DNA of 64,000 bases, taken from Myxococcota bacterium. GTDB lineage: Bacteria > Myxococcota_A > Polyangia > Nannocystales > Nannocystaceae. The notes under the pieces were generated by a model. The model made no database searches, was not told where the DNA came from, and saw nothing but the letters and a program-made list of their open reading frames with translations. Location: assembly GCA_039028615.1 (NCBI GenBank), contig JBCCHT010000034.1:64001-128000 (forward strand), given 5' to 3'. Positions 9,561 to 19,376 of the stretch are shown here, one piece after another (within the stretch, counting starts at the first letter, position 1; every line of letters starts with the position of its first letter). Both the position numbers and the translations under genes were made by a program.

Positions 9561-12443
9561 TCAGAGTGGGGCACTTCGCGACGGGGGCACGTGCTCGGCT
9601 CGCCAAGTCTCGAGCTCGCGCAACGAGATCTTGCCTCGGGGCCCGCCCTCGACCAGCTCCACCCGCGCCCGCACGAGCAACCGTTGCACTTCGTCCCGAG
9701 GCGCTCCCGCGTCATGGCGCGCCCGGGCCAACGTGAAGCCGATCTCTCCGCGGAGCGCCAGCGGCAGACCGAGGTCGCGGGCGCTCGTGTGCAGCTGCTC
9801 CAGCGTCACCGCTGCCTCTGCGGCATGGCCCCGCCGTCGCTCGAGGTCGGCCCGGACCATGCGGCTCTGCAGCGCCGACTCGGAGTCCTCCCCCGATTGC
9901 TCGTTCCAGATCGACGTGACCCGATCGAAGATCACCGCCGCCTGCTCGTGCCGCCCTTGGTCACGTTCGAACTCGCCCAGTTGGTTCAGCGTGATCGCGA
10001 GATCGGGATGGGTGGGCCCCAGGGCGCGCTCGAAGATCTCGATCGCCCGGTGCAGCGAAGCCTCGGCCTCTTCGACTCGGCCCACCGCGCGCGCCGAGTT
10101 GCCCAGGTTGCTCAGCGTCGCGCCCACGAAGTGGTGGTCGGGGCCATAGGTGCGCTCGAAGATCGGGAGCACCCGCTCCAGGTCGGCGAGCGCCTCGCCG
10201 TATAGCCCCAGCTCGTGCTTGGCGATGGCCACGCTCAAGCTCGCCAGGGCCGTCCGCGGATGCTCCTCCCCGAGCAGCTCCACGAGCTCCGCCTGGCTGT
10301 GCTGATAGCTGGCCAGCGCCTCGTCGGGCCGCCCCTGGCTCAGCAGCGCATTGCCCAGGTTGACCCGCTGCCCCGCCAGCGTGGCCACCGAATCACCCGC
10401 CACGGCGCGCCGCATGGCGATGGCTTGCGTATAGGCGTCGATGGCTTCTTCGACGTCTTGGTGCCGATACCACACGCTGCCCATGTCGTTGAGCAACGAC
10501 GATCGCAGCACCGGGTCTCCCCCCATGCGATCCAACACGGCATTGGCCATGTCGTACCAGGCCCGCCCCTCGTCGAAACGGGCCTGGCGATCGCCGACGA
10601 CGGAGACCAACCCGTTGCCCGCTCGCACCGCGAGACGATCGTTGCCCGTTCGAAGCGCTGCCGCGACCACCTCGCGATACTCCCGCTCGCCCTGCTCGTA
10701 GTCGGCCTTGGCCACGAACACCCGGCCCAGCTCCATGCGCAGCTCGAGGCGAGCGAGCGCCTCCCCCAGGTCTTCGCTGTCGGCCAGGGCCGCGCTGGCG
10801 AGCGCCTCTGCCTCGTCCAGCCGCGACATCGAGCGCAGCGCCTTCACTTCGCGCACGCGCTCTTGCACGGCTGCGGCTCGCTCCGCCAGGGCCGGATCGA
10901 TGGGCGGTGCGGAGCGGGACCGGAGCCGCTCGTCGTCGATGCAGCGATCGGCGCTCGGGAGCCCGTTGACGGCCGTCACCGCGTGCAGCGACGAGTCGGC
11001 CTGGCCGTTCTCGATGACGTGCAGCACCGCATCGAGCTCGTCGTTGCGCTCTTGGAGGCACTGCATGCGCAGATCGAATAGCTCCGCCGATTGCTCGCGG
11101 TGCAGGTGATGGGCCTCGCAGGTCTGCTGGTAGACCTCTTTCCAGCGCCCCGTCTTGTCGTCGACCTCGGCGTGCACTCGGCTCCAGGCATGCTCGGCGT
11201 AGGCCTCGTCGCCGGCCTCGATGGCCCGGCGCACTCGGCCCTGGCGCTCGCCCGTCCACAGCGAATCCACCCGAGCACTCCCGTCGTCGCACGCCGGATC
11301 GTCGGAGGCGGCGCTGCGCCCCGCGAAGAAGGTCGCCACCGCGAGCAAGCCGGCCCCGGCCACGACCGAGGACGCGCGTCGCCACAGCGCCACCGGTTGG
11401 GCCTCGAGGGCAGCGAGCAGCTCGGTCATCGAAGGCCAGCGCTTGCTGGGGCGAGCCTCCAGGCCGCGGAAGATCACCTGATCGACCCACGGCGGCACAC
11501 GACTGTCGAGCGGCGGCAGCTCGACCGTGCCGTGCTGAATTCGCTTCACCCGCTCCGAGGGCGACGAGCTCCGGTACGGGTCCTGCGAATAGAGGGCACG
11601 GTAGAGAGCCACGCAGAAGCTGAACTGATCGCTGCGGGCATCGACCTCGCCTCCGCGCTGCTGCTCGGGAGCCATGAACAGCGGCGTCCCGATGATGATG
11701 TCGTTGCGGGTGAGCGGGGTGCTCAGGACGTCGGAGTCGAAGGGGTTTCCGCCGCCGCCAGCCTCGACCTCGGACAGAGCTGCCGCCGAGATTGAAGCAG
11801 GGTCCCCCGTCAGGCCGTCCGAGCCGCCCTGCGACGACGGATGACTGGGATCGACGCGCGCGAGGCCGAAGTCCAGCACGCGGGGTCGCCCGTCTTCACC
11901 CACCAGCACGTTGTCCGGCTTGAAGTCACGGTGCACCAGGCCCGCCTGATGCGCCGCCTCGAGGCCGCGCCCGGCCTCGATGAACATCGCGCGGATCTCC
12001 GGGGCGGAGTGCGTCCCTTCCCGCAGCCACGAGGTCAGCGTGGTGCCCCGGACGTACTCCATGGTGATGAACACCAGGCCGTCGTGCATGCCGACGTCGT
12101 AGACGTTCACCACATTGGGGTGAGACAGCTTGGCGATGGCCTGCGCCTCACGAGTCATGCGAGCCGCCGCCGCCGCGGCTTCGTAGGGATCGTCGGAACG
12201 ACGCCGCAGCAGCTTGAGCGCGACATGCCGGTTCAGCGAGGGATCGTGCGCGAGATAGACCACGCCCATGCCCCCCGAGCCGAGCTCGTGCAAGATGAGA
12301 TAGCGACCCACCTCGGTGCCCGTGGCGAGCGTGGGCTGCGGCCGCAGCGAGGCCTCGAGGTCCTGGCCGAGCGGAACCGTCGACACGCCCGCGTTCGCGA
12401 TTGCGCGCCTCATGGCTTCGCTGCCGGTCTCCACCAATCCCAC
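9561..12443 (-). CDS. Ser/Thr protein kinase with TM segment, Cys-rich region and TPR repeats
   Basis: LGSGGMGVVY, VALK, HRDFKPDN, DFGLAR, APE; TPR repeats of the LGxxHP type. Start is GTG 12443 or ATG 12413. Confidence 0.9.
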   Translation of the reverse strand: MGLVETGSEAMRRAIANAGVSTVPLGQDLEASLRPQPTLATGTEVGRYLILHELGSGGMGVVYLAHDPSLNRHVALKLLRRRSDDPYEAAAAAARMTREAQAIAKLSHPNVVNVYDVGMHDGLVFITMEYVRGTTLTSWLREGTHSAPEIRAMFIEAGRGLEAAHQAGLVHRDFKPDNVLVGEDGRPRVLDFGLARVDPSHPSSQGGSDGLTGDPASISAAALSEVEAGGGGNPFDSDVLSTPLTRNDIIIGTPLFMAPEQQRGGEVDARSDQFSFCVALYRALYSQDPYRSSSPSERVKRIQHGTVELPPLDSRVPPWVDQVIFRGLEARPSKRWPSMTELLAALEAQPVALWRRASSVVAGAGLLAVATFFAGRSAASDDPACDDGSARVDSLWTGERQGRVRRAIEAGDEAYAEHAWSRVHAEVDDKTGRWKEVYQQTCEAHHLHREQSAELFDLRMQCLQERNDELDAVLHVIENGQADSSLHAVTAVNGLPSADRCIDDERLRSRSAPPIDPALAERAAAVQERVREVKALRSMSRLDEAEALASAALADSEDLGEALARLELRMELGRVFVAKADYEQGEREYREVVAAALRTGNDRLAVRAGNGLVSVVGDRQARFDEGRAWYDMANAVLDRMGGDPVLRSSLLNDMGSVWYRHQDVEEAIDAYTQAIAMRRAVAGDSVATLAGQRVNLGNALLSQGRPDEALASYQHSQAELVELLGEEHPRTALASLSVAIAKHELGLYGEALADLERVLPIFERTYGPDHHFVGATLSNLGNSARAVGRVEEAEASLHRAIEIFERALGPTHPDLAITLNQLGEFERDQGRHEQAAVIFDRVTSIWNEQSGEDSESALQSRMVRADLERRRGHAAEAAVTLEQLHTSARDLGLPLALRGEIGFTLARARHDAGAPRDEVQRLLVRARVELVEGGPRGKISLRELETWRAEHVPPSRSAPL

Positions 12444-12844
12444 CGAAAATGCCTATGCGGAGCCAGGCCCGCCGGTTACGGAGCAGCTATTCGAACCGTG
12501 TGTAATGGAGTCCATGATCACGGGACTTCGGGGTGCAAGGCCGATCTCGAACATGTGCACCCTCGACCGACAGAGGCTTCACCTCATCGACCGGACGACG
12601 AAAAGTCGGACAAACGACGTCCTCTACTTTCCACGAAGTGGCAGACCGTTACACCGAATCGACCGAAGTCCATCGACATCGATCGTGGCCACGAAACCGG
12701 GAGCAGAGGGGTGTTCTGCAGATACGCACTCTGCGTGTGGAGCGGTGGTCGGTTCCCCCACGACTCGTTCGAATGGTCGACGTAACGCGGGTACAGACCT
12801 ACATCGCAGCAGACATGCACAGGCCTCCGCTGGGCCGCGAAGAC

Positions 12845-13894
12845 TCACACATTTGTGCGCACCATGGCTCGCACCATGATCGTGCACAGCAGCCTCGGCT
12901 CGATGGGCTTGTCGACGAAGAAGTCGGCCCCCGCCGCGAACTGAACCCGCTTGCTCTCGCTGCTGGTCAGGCCGGAGACCACGATGACGCTCCGCCGCGG
13001 CTCTTGTGACGCCAGCTCGACCAACTCTCGCCCCTGGCCATCGGGCAGCACCGCATCCACCACCACGATCTCCGGCTCGAGCTCGGCCAACCGTTGCTGC
13101 CCTTCGGCCAACGTCGACGCCGGGATCGTGGTCAGCCCCAGCGCCTCGAAGGGCCGCACCATGCCCGTCCGATGCACCAGGTCATCACCCACCACCAACG
13201 CCGTTCGCGGGCTCAAGCCATGACCGACGACGATGGCCCGCCCCACGGTACCGATGAGCTCCAGCAACGCGACGGTGAGCTCGAGCCGACCTTCACACTC
13301 TCCCACTCGGGCTCCGGCGGCGGTCATCTCGGGGAACCCGAAGCTGGTCCCGGTGCCTTTGAGGCGATGCGCGAGCTTCCTTGCGTCCCGCTGCGCGTCC
13401 TCGTTGCCGACCTGGACCCCATCGATCGCGAACGCGAGCTCGACCAACGGCACGGACAGCGACTGCACGAAGGCACGGCGAAGCTCGGCCGGGACGCAGG
13501 AGTCCATACTGGGCCCAGAGCCCGCCGCAGGGGCATTCAGCAGCTCGCGAACGAGGTCGAGCAGCGCCTCCGGTTCGGCCAGCGGCTTGGCGAGGTGACC
13601 GTCGAAGCCCAAGCTCAAAAAGCGCTCTCGGCTGCCTCCCGCATGGTCACCCGTGACCGCCACCACCGGTCGGCTGCCGACCTCCGCATTGCGTCGAAAG
13701 TGCGCCAGTACATCGCGACCATCGAAGCCCGGCAGCGAGATCTCCATGAGGACCAGGTCCGGCACACAGCGGATCAAGCCTTCGATCGCCTGAAAACCGT
13801 CTTCGAACTCGAGGACCTCGAATTCCTCGCCCAACCACGCCGACACCGTCCGGCGATGGTCGGCGTCGTCATCGACCAGCGCGATTCGTTTCAT
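12845..13894 (-). CDS. REC-Hpt-REC phosphorelay protein (first REC has Glu at the phosphoacceptor position)
   Basis: REC1: IALVDDD...PDLVLMEISLPG...LAKP. Hpt: AHRLKGTGTSFGF. REC2: EIVVVDAVLPDG...GADFFVDKP. Confidence 0.85.
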   Translation of the reverse strand: MKRIALVDDDADHRRTVSAWLGEEFEVLEFEDGFQAIEGLIRCVPDLVLMEISLPGFDGRDVLAHFRRNAEVGSRPVVAVTGDHAGGSRERFLSLGFDGHLAKPLAEPEALLDLVRELLNAPAAGSGPSMDSCVPAELRRAFVQSLSVPLVELAFAIDGVQVGNEDAQRDARKLAHRLKGTGTSFGFPEMTAAGARVGECEGRLELTVALLELIGTVGRAIVVGHGLSPRTALVVGDDLVHRTGMVRPFEALGLTTIPASTLAEGQQRLAELEPEIVVVDAVLPDGQGRELVELASQEPRRSVIVVSGLTSSESKRVQFAAGADFFVDKPIEPRLLCTIMVRAMVRTNV

Positions 13895-14242
13895 GGGAGC
13901 CACACCCGACTCGGCGGATCACGATACCGCAACGACTCGATGAATCACGAGTGACCTCGTTCCAACGTCTGCACGTTGCCCGGATGCCGCGACCTCGCTG
14001 TATGTCGGCCTCTCACCATGCATCGTTGGCGAGCGGACCGCCGCATCGTCCGTCCTCGATCGGGACAAACAACAAATCGAGGAAGTCCTCGCTTGGCTCG
14101 AACCCCTCGAGCGATTAACATGATCCAACCTGTCATACCTTCCACTGTGACAGCACCCGCTTCGTCGCCCTCGGTCGGCGAAGGTACGCAGACGAGACGG
14201 GCTCGGGACCAGGTGTGACACTGGGTCTTCGTCGGCCAAACG

Positions 14243-15580
14243 ATGAGCCAGCACCCAATGGCGGCGAGAGACAAGGCCACAGCCGACTCATTGGCACCTT
14301 CGCCGTCCGCCAGCGAGGCCACTCATCGATGTGAGCACTTCACCCGCGAGGCGCGAGGCGACCTCGAGCCGGGCCTGGTCATCGACGACAAGTACGTCCT
14401 GCGGGAGAAACTCGGCGCGGGAGGCATGGGGGTCGTGTACGCGGCCCTCGACCAGCGCCTCGATCGTGAGGTCGCGATCAAGGTCATCTACTCGAGCGCC
14501 GCATCCGACCCCGAGCTGGCGGTGAAGATCGGCGACGAGGGCCGAGCGATGGCCAAGCTTCGTCACCCCAACGTCATGGAGATCTATGACGTCGGCTCGT
14601 ACGAAGACCGCCCCTATATGGTCATGCCGCTGTGCCCTGGCCAGAACCTGCTCGCCTGGGTCAGCGGTCAGGGCCGGGGTCCCATCTCGCCTCCCGTCGC
14701 CATCGGCATCATCGGCCAGGCCTGTGCGGGGGCCAAGGCACTGCACGGCATCGGGCTCGTCCACCACGACATCAAGCCCACCAACATCATCATGTCGCCC
14801 TCGTACGAGGTCATCCTCGCCGACCTCGGGCTCACGCGACGCCGGATGGAGCACGAACCCACCGAAGACTTCACGGGCACGGTGGGCTTCGTGGCGCCCG
14901 AGTACCTGGGCACGGAGCCCGTGCCCTCTCACCTCGCCCACAAGACCGACATCTACGCGCTGGGCGTCACCACCTACTGGCTGCTCACCCGACGCATGCC
15001 GACCGGGAAGGGCACGTTTCGGGAGATCTTGGACAAGCAGCTGGCGGGAGACATCCTGCCGCCGAGCGAGGTGCGACCGGAGCTCCCCAAGATCTTCGAC
15101 CGCATCGTGCTGCGAGCCCTCCAGCTCGATCCCAGCCTGCGCCCCGAGGCGGCCGAGTTCCAAGCCGAGCTGTTCAAGGCCCGGGACGCCCATCCTCGGG
15201 CCGACGTCGAGCGCCAACGGTTCATCCTCGTGGTCGACGACGACCCCGCCGCGCTGAAGCTCACCGCCGAGTACGTGGCCTCGTCATCGGAGGCCGAGGT
15301 CGTGACCACCACCGATCCCAAGGCCGCGCTGTCGATCATCGAGAGTCGGCCGCCCGATCTGGTCATCTCCGACCTCGAGATGCCCGACATCAACGGCGTC
15401 GAGCTGGTCGCATCGGTCCGCGGCAACCCCCGCACCTGCAAGGTCCCCATCGTCATGGTCACCGGGGTGGGCGGCGCCAAGGACTGGAACCTGCTGCGCA
15501 GCATCGGCGTCGATCGGTTCCTGCTCAAGCCGATCGACCCCCAGGTCCTGCGGGACACCATCGGCCGCGTGTTGAGCTGA
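14243..15580 (+). CDS. Ser/Thr protein kinase fused to a C-terminal receiver domain
   Basis: Kinase: LGAGGMGVVY, VAIK, HHDIKPTN, DLG, APE, DIYALG. REC: LVVDDD...DLVISDLEMPD...LLKP. Confidence 0.9.
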   Translation: MSQHPMAARDKATADSLAPSPSASEATHRCEHFTREARGDLEPGLVIDDKYVLREKLGAGGMGVVYAALDQRLDREVAIKVIYSSAASDPELAVKIGDEGRAMAKLRHPNVMEIYDVGSYEDRPYMVMPLCPGQNLLAWVSGQGRGPISPPVAIGIIGQACAGAKALHGIGLVHHDIKPTNIIMSPSYEVILADLGLTRRRMEHEPTEDFTGTVGFVAPEYLGTEPVPSHLAHKTDIYALGVTTYWLLTRRMPTGKGTFREILDKQLAGDILPPSEVRPELPKIFDRIVLRALQLDPSLRPEAAEFQAELFKARDAHPRADVERQRFILVVDDDPAALKLTAEYVASSSEAEVVTTTDPKAALSIIESRPPDLVISDLEMPDINGVELVASVRGNPRTCKVPIVMVTGVGGAKDWNLLRSIGVDRFLLKPIDPQVLRDTIGRVLS

Positions 15581-15585
15581 GCCCG

Positions 15586-18500
15586 TCAGGACTCGGAGAC
15601 CATCGCGTCGTAACACTCGAGGATCACCCGCTGGGTCCGATACTCGCCGTGCGCCTGCGTGTCTTTGCGCCGCACGATGAGGAACGAGTCGAGCACGTGC
15701 GCGAGTTCATCGCGACTCAGCCCGTGGCACCGCAGGGCAAAAAACGCCTCGAGCTCGCTGGTGAGCCGCAGGCGCTGCTCGGGCTCCAGCGCCTCGGTGA
15801 GGGCCTGTGCTGCCACGCCGCGCTCGCGCAGCGCCGCGTCCACGTCGGTGGAAAACTGCGCCACCCCGGCTCCCGCTCCCGTGAGCCTCGCCACCCGCCG
15901 GGCCACGAACGCCACGTCCTCGGGCTCCAAGCTGCGCACGAAGGGCAGGCTGTCGAGCACCGTGTACGTCATCGAGAGGCTGACCTTCATGCGCGCCAGG
16001 AAGTCCATGACGAAGGTGTTGGCCAGCCCCAGCCACAGCGCGTAGTCCAGCGCGCCGCCACCTTCGAAGACGATGGTCGGGACCTTGTGACCGCACACCA
16101 CTCCCGACGGGATGAGAGCCGCGACGAGGGTGCGTTCGTTGGTGGGGCTGGCGACGTCGCAGAAGCCGATGCGGTAGCGATCGTAGCGTTGCTCGAGCTT
16201 GGCGGGCAGCTTGGTCGGTGCCAGTCGCCACTGCGGGTCGACCACCTTGCCCTCGCTGCCGAACGCCAAGGGTTCCCACACCGCCTTGCGGCCACGACCG
16301 CTGCGGTAGCCCTTCGCCCGGTGGTCGTAGTGCGCCACCATCCGCCCCTCGTATACGGCGATGCCCGCGGGGTCGGCATCGAACAAGTGCCGGTCGTTGC
16401 CCATGTCGAGCTCGCGCATGTAGTGGCGGTGGGGCTGCCCCGGCACCGCGTCGCCGAAACGAGGCGCGCCCGCGTAGACCTTGCGCGCCACGTCGATGTC
16501 GGCCTGCGTGGCGAACTCCATCAGCGCCAGCGCATGAGGGCTGAACTCACGCACCAGCGAGACCGGCACCTGCCGCAGCTCGGTCAACGCCGTCGCCAGC
16601 TCGCGCGGTCCTCGGATCACGAACGCGGTGGGCAGCTGCTCCGTCTCGCCGGGCAGCTGCGCCACGTACAGGCAGAACTTGGTGCGCGAGTCGACGTTGT
16701 CGAACCAGGCGTGACGTGCGTTCTCGAAGCCCAGCAACAGCTCCACGTGCGACCGCTCGAAGAGCGCCTCGCGAATCGCCATGCAGTTGGCTCCGTTGTA
16801 CAGCCCCTCGGGGACGATCTGCGAGCAGCGCCCCCCCTCCCGCACGATCGAAAGGGCCGTCTCCACGAACATGCGGAACACGTTGAAGTCGCCCTTGCCC
16901 AGGTTGCCGGGGGCGAACAGCGCATAGCGACCACTCCGCTTGATGAAGTGCATCGCCGCGTAGATGTCTCGACACGAGCGCGCCCACGCTTCGTCGATGA
17001 TCGGGTCCTTGCGCAGCGTGGCGATGGCCTGCTTCTGCTCGGCCGGGGTCAAAAACCGCACCTGAGGATCCCACGCGGCGAAGAACTCCTTGGCATCGGG
17101 GCTCAGCGTGTCCCACGGCGGGTTCCCGAGCACGACGTCGAAGCCCCCACGCGCAAACACGTGGGGGAACTCGAGCGGCCAGTGGAAGAAGCCGTGGTGC
17201 TGCGCCAGGGCCCGGGTCATCGATCGAGTCGGAGAGTCGGCGGGCAGCGGCTCGGCCAGCGCCTGTCGGAGGGTGGCATGGGTCGGCGCCACGTCGGTGG
17301 CTTCGCCCGATTGCTTGGGCCACACGAACGCCGCACACCACATGTCGGCCACCGACCGCGCGTGACGATACGCGTCGCCCTCGCGGATCTCCTGCCACCG
17401 CGCTCGCTTGCGCGCCAGCTGGGGCGCATCGTCTTCCGGTAGCGCCTCGAGAGCCGTCATCGCCTCGGCCAGGCTCGACCCCGTCGGCTCGGGTGCCTCC
17501 TCGGCTTGCGTCGCATCCCGCTCGCTGCGATTGCGTTTGCGGAGGAGCTTGGCCGCCTCTTTGTCGTCGCCGTCCAGCGGCTTCCAAGCGTCGTCGGGAA
17601 GACCCGCCGCCACCAGCGACGGCGTCGTCCCCAGCAGCGCGTTGCCGTGGCGGATATGCGAGTCGAGCCACGGCACGGGATGGCCCTGCTCGAGCGCTTC
17701 CATCCACAAGTTGGCGGTACACAGCTCCACCGCCATGGGATTGAGGTCGACGCCGTAGATGCAGCGAGAGACCACCCGTCGCAGCGCGTGCCGATAGGCA
17801 TCGACCGTGGGCGTGCCCCCCGATTGCAGGCGCGCGACATGAGACGCCAAGCGACGCGCCGCCCCCAGCAGGAAGTGTCCGCTGCCGCAGGCCGGGTCCA
17901 CGATGGTCAGCTCGAGCAGGGTCTCCGCTTCGCGCCCGGGGTTGTCGGCCAGGGTCTTGGCCACCACGGGCTCGAGCGCACGGTCGAGGACCACCTGCAC
18001 CAGGCTCTCGGGGGTGTAGTAGCTGCCGGTCGACTTGCGCGTGCTGCCCTTGGGGCCGTCGCTCGAGGCAAAGGAGAACGAGCGGGCGTGGTCGCTGACC
18101 TGCGGCACGAGCTCGAGCAAGCTCTCGTAGACGCTGCCCAGCTCCTCGGGTCCCATGTCGCGCCAGTTGACGCGGGACAGGCTGGAGCCTTGGTCCTGAA
18201 ACCATGACAGGTGGCGCATGCCCTGCATCGCGAAGCGGTTTTCGAGGCGCGCCGCGTCGAGGGCGGGGCAGCGATCGGGAGCGAACAGACCGCCGAGCGC
18301 AGGCAAGCCGAGCGCGGCCTCGCCTTCGACCAGGCATCGAAAGACCACCTTCACGCCCTCGAAGACGTCGTGGTGCCGATCATGCGCCCCATGGCCGACG
18401 GCGCGATCGCGAAGCCGCCGCATGCCGTAGCCCTGGGCGTAGCGCTCGCGGGCAGTCGCATCGGCATCGGGAGCGAAGAGCACCTGCCGCTCCTCCGCGC

Positions 18501-19374
18501 CCAGCAAGAAGATCAGTCGATAGACGAGCCGCAGCAGCTGCTGAAAATAGGCACTCGGGCCCAGCGTGCCGCCGCTGAGATCTCGGCGCAGCGCGCCGTT
18601 GTCCGGGTGGGCTAAAAACCCCTCGCCGAACGCGAGCAAGGCCGCCTCGACGCCCTCCCGCAAGCGCTGTCGGGCCCGCGTCCCTCGCTGACGCCCCTGC
18701 GCTCGCCATCGCTCCAGCGTGGAGTCGTCGGGCTCGGCGTCGGCGGGCCCAAAGCGCGACTGGTGCACCAAGAGCCACAGCGCGGCGAAATCGGGATAGG
18801 CGTCGTCCTCGAAGATGCGGACGAGGTCGGCCTGAATCCACGCCGGTCGGGTGAGGCGTCCCGTCGCACGGAGCAGGCGTAGCTGGAGGCCGTTGCTCAC
18901 CAGCCCCCACGCGGTCGAGGCGCGAGCGTTGAGCTGCTCTTGGCAATAGCCGAACGCGCTGCGCTCGTAGCCGCCGTCGGCCCAGCGAGCATCCCGGCCA
19001 TCGAGGCCAATGCCGGCTGGCGTGATGACCACGGGCACGCGCCCGCCCAGCGCGGTGTGAGCCGGACCGGGCTCGGCCACCAGCGACTCGAAGCCTAGAC
19101 ACTGGCCGAGCAGGGTCTCGACCCACGCGACGGTCTCCCCGGCGTCGTCGTCGGCACCGGTCCGTGCCATGTCGAACTGCCGCCACGCGACCCGGGCTGC
19201 CGACCAGGCCCGGTTGATCGCGTCGCGCAAGCCTCCGGTGTGCTCCGGCCCAAGGCCGTAGTCCCCCGCCGACTGCTCGCCCGCCTCCTGCGTGGCGACG
19301 AGGCTCAACCACTCCGGCGGCAGCAGGCCCCCCTCGATGGTCAGGGCATCGAAGCCGATCGGGGAGTGAGGCAC
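15586..19374 (-). CDS. Large N6-adenine DNA methyltransferase (Eco57I/type IIG-like; DrmMI-like)
   Basis: EELGSVYESLL, RKSTGSYYTP, motif I VDPACGSGHFL, YGVDLNPMAVEL, motif IV GNPPW; N-terminal WGLVSNGLQLRLLR and C-terminal GEYRTQRVILECYD segments. Confidence 0.88.
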   Translation of the reverse strand: MPHSPIGFDALTIEGGLLPPEWLSLVATQEAGEQSAGDYGLGPEHTGGLRDAINRAWSAARVAWRQFDMARTGADDDAGETVAWVETLLGQCLGFESLVAEPGPAHTALGGRVPVVITPAGIGLDGRDARWADGGYERSAFGYCQEQLNARASTAWGLVSNGLQLRLLRATGRLTRPAWIQADLVRIFEDDAYPDFAALWLLVHQSRFGPADAEPDDSTLERWRAQGRQRGTRARQRLREGVEAALLAFGEGFLAHPDNGALRRDLSGGTLGPSAYFQQLLRLVYRLIFLLGAEERQVLFAPDADATARERYAQGYGMRRLRDRAVGHGAHDRHHDVFEGVKVVFRCLVEGEAALGLPALGGLFAPDRCPALDAARLENRFAMQGMRHLSWFQDQGSSLSRVNWRDMGPEELGSVYESLLELVPQVSDHARSFSFASSDGPKGSTRKSTGSYYTPESLVQVVLDRALEPVVAKTLADNPGREAETLLELTIVDPACGSGHFLLGAARRLASHVARLQSGGTPTVDAYRHALRRVVSRCIYGVDLNPMAVELCTANLWMEALEQGHPVPWLDSHIRHGNALLGTTPSLVAAGLPDDAWKPLDGDDKEAAKLLRKRNRSERDATQAEEAPEPTGSSLAEAMTALEALPEDDAPQLARKRARWQEIREGDAYRHARSVADMWCAAFVWPKQSGEATDVAPTHATLRQALAEPLPADSPTRSMTRALAQHHGFFHWPLEFPHVFARGGFDVVLGNPPWDTLSPDAKEFFAAWDPQVRFLTPAEQKQAIATLRKDPIIDEAWARSCRDIYAAMHFIKRSGRYALFAPGNLGKGDFNVFRMFVETALSIVREGGRCSQIVPEGLYNGANCMAIREALFERSHVELLLGFENARHAWFDNVDSRTKFCLYVAQLPGETEQLPTAFVIRGPRELATALTELRQVPVSLVREFSPHALALMEFATQADIDVARKVYAGAPRFGDAVPGQPHRHYMRELDMGNDRHLFDADPAGIAVYEGRMVAHYDHRAKGYRSGRGRKAVWEPLAFGSEGKVVDPQWRLAPTKLPAKLEQRYDRYRIGFCDVASPTNERTLVAALIPSGVVCGHKVPTIVFEGGGALDYALWLGLANTFVMDFLARMKVSLSMTYTVLDSLPFVRSLEPEDVAFVARRVARLTGAGAGVAQFSTDVDAALRERGVAAQALTEALEPEQRLRLTSELEAFFALRCHGLSRDELAHVLDSFLIVRRKDTQAHGEYRTQRVILECYDAMVSES

Positions 19375-19376
19375 GG

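Noticed and set aside
9561..12443. Kinase-TPR genes (also 43577..46612) as a novel system
   Set aside because: This architecture is a common expanded paralogue family in myxobacteria.
12444..12844. 400-bp lower-GC spacer as a possible sRNA or small ORF
   Set aside because: No convincing stem-loop, terminator or coding signal seen by eye; probably promoter DNA.
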